11,371 nt of DNA from Azolla caroliniana (taxonomy: Eukaryota > Plantae > Polypodiophyta). The stretch lies in the NCBI GenBank assembly GCA_043228905.1, contig JBHGNT010001161.1:1-11371 (forward strand). The letters are read 5' to 3'. A model generated the notes under the pieces. It searched no databases and was not told where the DNA came from. It was given only the letters and a program-made list of their open reading frames with translations. Of the stretch, positions 8,401-11,371 are shown in pieces. Within the stretch, counting starts at the first letter, position 1. Each line of letters begins with the position of its first letter. The translations under genes were made by a program, and so were the position numbers.

Positions 8401-8884
8401 AGGCATAGTCGGATACACCAACTTGGACTTTGCAGGTTGCATAAACAGTCATAAATCAACAACCGGATATTGTTTTAAACTCTGCAATGGAGCAATCTCA
8501 TGGAAATCGAAACTTCAGGAGTGCACCGCCACATCAACGACCGAGGCCAAATACGTAGCCGCGTTCGATGCAGCAAAAGAGGCCTTATGACTCGGTCGAC
8601 TGGCTTGCACATTTTGACAAACCGAAATCGGCTCGGCTCCAATTGTTTACAGTGATAGTCAAGGTGTTGTTGCTCTGTCAAAAAATCCGGTTCATCACAA
8701 CGCCTCCAAGCATATCGACATTCAACATCATTTCGTTCGGGACTGTGTCATTTCAGGGAAAATCGGCCTTGAGAAGGTACCTACAACCGACAACGTTGCG
8801 GATGCAATGACCAAGTGTCTCCCGGCGGATCGATTTCTATCCCTTTGGCATCGAATGGGCGTAATGAAGAATCAATCCTATTAA
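5435..8884 (+). pseudogene. copia gag-pol polyprotein pseudogene (many stops and frameshifts)
   Basis: NYCKKPGHNKANC (knuckle missing first Cys, 5435); WLLDSGASFH protease (5651); LWHGRLRHLS...CEHC; LDLVHSDVCGP integrase (6330); AMESEMNSIRANRTWDLV, CKWVY, TAFLHGDLEEEIYMEQP, SLYGLKQ, YVDDML (7901) RT; STTGY...ISWKSK...STTEAKY, ADAMTKCL RNase H; stop TAA at 8882-8884. Confidence 0.95.
5619..5860 (+). repeat. 121-bp tandem duplication of the protease active-site region
   Basis: 5619-5739 and 5740-5860; about 13 mismatches by manual count; copy 1 WLLDSGASFH, copy 2 WLLASGVSFH. Confidence 0.92.
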
Positions 8885-9084
8885 ATCGGACACTCAGAAC
8901 GTTTCTCGGACAATAGACCTGGATAGTTCGAACTTCGGCTTCAATCTCTCCGAACTCAGCCAATTCAGCCTTCTGCTCTTCGGACTTCACCAACTAGAAT
9001 GAATTCTCGATTGTTCGTAAACCTTGTATCAATCTGTATTGTTCATTCATTTCAGTCTAGAGATTTCAGATGTATACGCCCATT

Positions 9085-9093
9085 ACGGGGGAG
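9085..9093 (+). other. Polypurine tract
   Basis: ACGGGGGAG directly before the LTR start TGTTG at 9094. Confidence 0.85.
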
Positions 9094-9419
9094 TGTTGAA
9101 TACATGCTTCTAATGGACGTATTCACATTATCTCCTTTTGTACACACTAGGCTTAGGCTATTTATGTAAATAGTGAGAAGGGCAGTTTCCCTAAGCCAGT
9201 CAGTATATAAACTGACTTTGTAACCTAGTTACGTGTGGGTCGCGTTAAGTTGTAATACACTCTTGACGTTGTGCCTAACTGTCTCTCTCTCTCTCTTGTG
9301 TACTAGTTGGTTTCTTTTCTGCCTTCGCTACCATCAAAGCTATGAACTTGCATCCATTTACGATCTTATTCTAGAAGAGTGTTGATCTTGTTCCGCATTA
9401 GATGATGGTATTCCCAACA
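9094..9419 (+). repeat. copia 3' LTR (326 bp)
   Basis: TGTTG...CAACA termini, TATATAAA at 9204-9211, (CT)n tract; homologous to the reverse complement of 10738-11064. Confidence 0.92.
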
Positions 9420-9650
9420 CCAGGAACAGGTCACCCTCTCTGAGTGTGATGTAGAACGGGTACAGAGAATGTACTTTCGGTCCTCAAGCAAGTAGGAGGT
9501 TCTCCCTTTGGAGTGTCCACCCTCTTGATGAGAAGTCGGCACGAATGTCATCTTCGTCCAATTGTCTGACTAAAATCGAAGGTTTGGAGAGCTCAAGTAC
9601 ATGTCGGACATTGTGTAGTACTAAAGTAGAACCACCTGGGATGTTGAAAG
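9420..9650 (-). pseudogene. copia pol fragment (protease C-terminal to pre-integrase region)
   Basis: GGSTLVLHNVRHVLELSKPSILVRQLDED...SLYPFYITLREGDLFL; inverted homolog of about 5910-6138. Confidence 0.9.
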
Positions 9651-9656
9651 AATCTA

Positions 9657-10115
9657 ACTGCTCATGAGCAACATTGGTCTTAGTTCATCTTCGATTGTCA
9701 TCCCCTAAGCCGAAATCTGGGAGCTTAAACTTTCGTACTCGTTCAAGTGAGCCTAGACCGAGTCGGATTCTTTCATCCGCAGGTTGTAGAGGTGCCGAAT
9801 CGAATATATATTTGTGGCAGGGACCTTCTTCTCATAAGTGTCTAACAATGTCTTCCATAGTTGAAAGGTTGTCGAACATGATTGCATTGTGAAGTACACT
9901 GACTCCGACAAGTGCATCCAAATGGTTTCTCAAACAATTCTATCAAGTTTCGTCCACTCATTCGGCTTGATTCCTTCTAGAGGGTTTTCGTTCTTGATTG
10001 GATCTATCTAACCCTTGACTATTAGATATTCTTGAATTTGCTCCATCCAAAAGTTGAAGTTCAATCTGTCGAACTTCCTTAGACCCATCTCTGATGAGCC
10101 GGATGTTGATGCCAT
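9657..10115 (-). pseudogene. copia gag N-terminal (UBN2-type) region with in-frame stops
   Basis: MASTSGSSEMGLRKFDRLNFNFWMEQIQEYL...EWTKLDRIV*ETIWMHLS...LWKTLLDTYEKK...LYNLRMKESDSV*AHLNEY...IEDELRPMLLMSS in a single frame with four internal stops. Confidence 0.9.
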
Positions 10116-10723
10116 CTGTGTCGGTTGACTAGACTCTGTTAGGAGTCGATTACGAATGGTGGTAGGATGGAGCTAACTAGCTCTCCCGATATTGTTCTAG
10201 TCAGATTTGAACACAATTCGTATCGGCTTCGATTATTGGTTGATTCTATCGGAAGTGACTATAGTCGATTGACTTAGTCGAGTTGAATAAGATTTTGTCA
10301 ATTGGATTTCGAATGCTGATTTAGAGATGTCGATCACAGATTTTGTGCCGATTATCCAGGCCAATCCTGCTTCAAGTGACTACGACAATGTCATCTAGCA
10401 AAGTGAAGCATGAATAGGAGTTGTTTCCTGGAGCTGGATCTTCTTTGAGAGGTTACAACAAATGACTAGGTAGTTTCTAACCTGATAAAGCACGATCAAG
10501 GCCGATTTGATAGAGATTCCACTCCTAGTAGCTCCAATCACTGAGGCAAGGTACAACCGACTGGCTTCCCTTAAGAGTGATCTAGTGAAGTAGAGTGTGA
10601 ATCTTCAATTTTCTTTCTCTTCTCAAGATGAGATCTTGAACTTCAAGGGAGATGAAACAAGGGAGACGAAACAAGAATATTGTTGAAGACTGATGAAGGT
10701 TGGGTGCGAGTGGAAGAACCTCC

Positions 10724-10735
10724 GCTCTGATACCA
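10724..10735 (-). other. Primer-binding site for initiator tRNA-Met
   Basis: TGGTATCAGAGC, 2 nt after the LTR terminal CA; canonical plant LTR retrotransposon PBS. Confidence 0.95.
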
Positions 10736-10737
10736 GA

Positions 10738-11064
10738 TGTTGGGAACTGAGACTATCAGTGCGGAAACATAAACAACACCTTGAGATGAAGATCACCTAG
10801 TATGAGTAAGCAAGATAAAACAGAGAATTTGAGAGAGAGACAGAGAGGCACGCAATGTAAAAGTATTATTCAGAGAATGGTTACAACACAATGGACGCGG
10901 CAGCTCTCTTACAAATAACAACAACTTTTTGAGCTAGGTTACAAAGCCCTTTATATACTAACTGGGCTAGGGCAACTGCCCTTTAAAATATTCACATAAA
11001 TGACCTAAACCTAGACTTTCCAAGAGACAGTGTGAATACGGTCATTAGATACTTGTATTCAACA
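10738..11064 (-). repeat. copia 5' LTR (327 bp)
   Basis: - strand TGTTGAATACAAG...TTCCCAACA, internal TATATAAAG, followed by the PBS. Confidence 0.93.
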
Positions 11065-11371
11065 AATACTTCATACATGTGTCAACACGGATCAGCCATT
11101 TTCGAGCACCCTATGGGCGTGACCCCCAACTCTCACCAGAATCGTCCATTCCAAACTTGCCAGAAGCGGCACTAGGATGTGGGTCGAATTACCCTGACTT
11201 ATGCTGATGGAACCAAAGTCCTTGTTTACTTCCCGGTTCACCGATGCGGTCTCAACGAATCCCTCATGCACCGATGGATCGGCCCATTCACCGTACTTCG
11301 TGCCATCAAATCCACTACTTGTTCCGACACGATTCCAACGGCCGATTCACCTCCGCCCATGTTTCCCGCAT
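11065..11371 (+). pseudogene. Ty3/gypsy integrase C-terminal fragment
   Basis: NTS...YGRDP, then TYADGTKVLVYFPVHRCGLNESLMHRWIGPFTVLRAIKSTT (GPF/Y motif) and AHVSR, with frameshifts. Confidence 0.8.

Larger units (their letters stand above)
5433..9419 (+). mobile_element. Ty1/copia LTR retrotransposon, 5' part absent here, decayed
   Basis: Domain order zinc knuckle-PR-IN-RT-RH, followed by PPT and a TG..CA LTR. Confidence 0.95.
9420..11064 (-). mobile_element. Second, related Ty1/copia element (5' portion only, internally deleted)
   Basis: 5' LTR, tRNA-iMet PBS, about 600-bp leader, gag, then a protease C-terminal/pre-integrase segment that ends abruptly at the + element's LTR end. Confidence 0.92.

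Noticed and set aside
5427-8993. Listed ORFs 5427-5660, 5771-5965, 5810-6232, 6001-6546, 6583-6816, 7102-7404, 8475-8681, 8568-8810 and 8781-8993 as independent genes
   Set aside because: Off-frame or antisense shadows of the copia gag-pol; the recognisable motifs are in other frames.
9198-9217. Hairpin AGTCAGT-ATATAA-ACTGACT around the copia TATA box
   Set aside because: Not conserved in the sister LTR at 10738-11064; likely chance.
9366-9892. ORFs 9366-9551 and 9674-9892
   Set aside because: Off-frame or antisense to the - strand copia gag/pol fragments.
10644-10675. 14-bp tandem repeat CAAGGGAGA(T/C)GAAA in the copia leader
   Set aside because: Ordinary slippage duplication with no further structure.

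Overview
Eukaryotic, plant-like (probably non-seed plant; inference) nest of decayed LTR retrotransposons with no intact host gene. Right half: a + strand Ty1/copia element (truncated gag zinc knuckle, PR, IN, RT, RH, PPT, 3' LTR; 5433-9419) abuts and appears inserted into a related - strand copia (5' LTR, tRNA-iMet PBS, gag, internal deletion; 9420-11064), which in turn abuts a Ty3/gypsy integrase fragment (11065-11371). The + copia is interrupted at its zinc knuckle by an unrelated - strand LTR (4996-5432). This LTR has no tRNA PBS; the 13 nt starting 2 nt past its end are perfectly complementary to its own predicted transcript 5' end (Tf1-type self-priming). It also carries a perfect 4-unit heat-shock element and a tRNA-like A/B-box segment. 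Downstream of it, instead of gag-pol, lies a co-oriented, intron-containing decayed coding region (unknown domain, coiled coil, RING-H2, NLS-like motifs, 13-aa repeats, FCP1/NIF-type HAD domain lacking the catalytic Asp), split by a 1.3-kb minisatellite built on the palindrome TAGCTAATTAGCTA.
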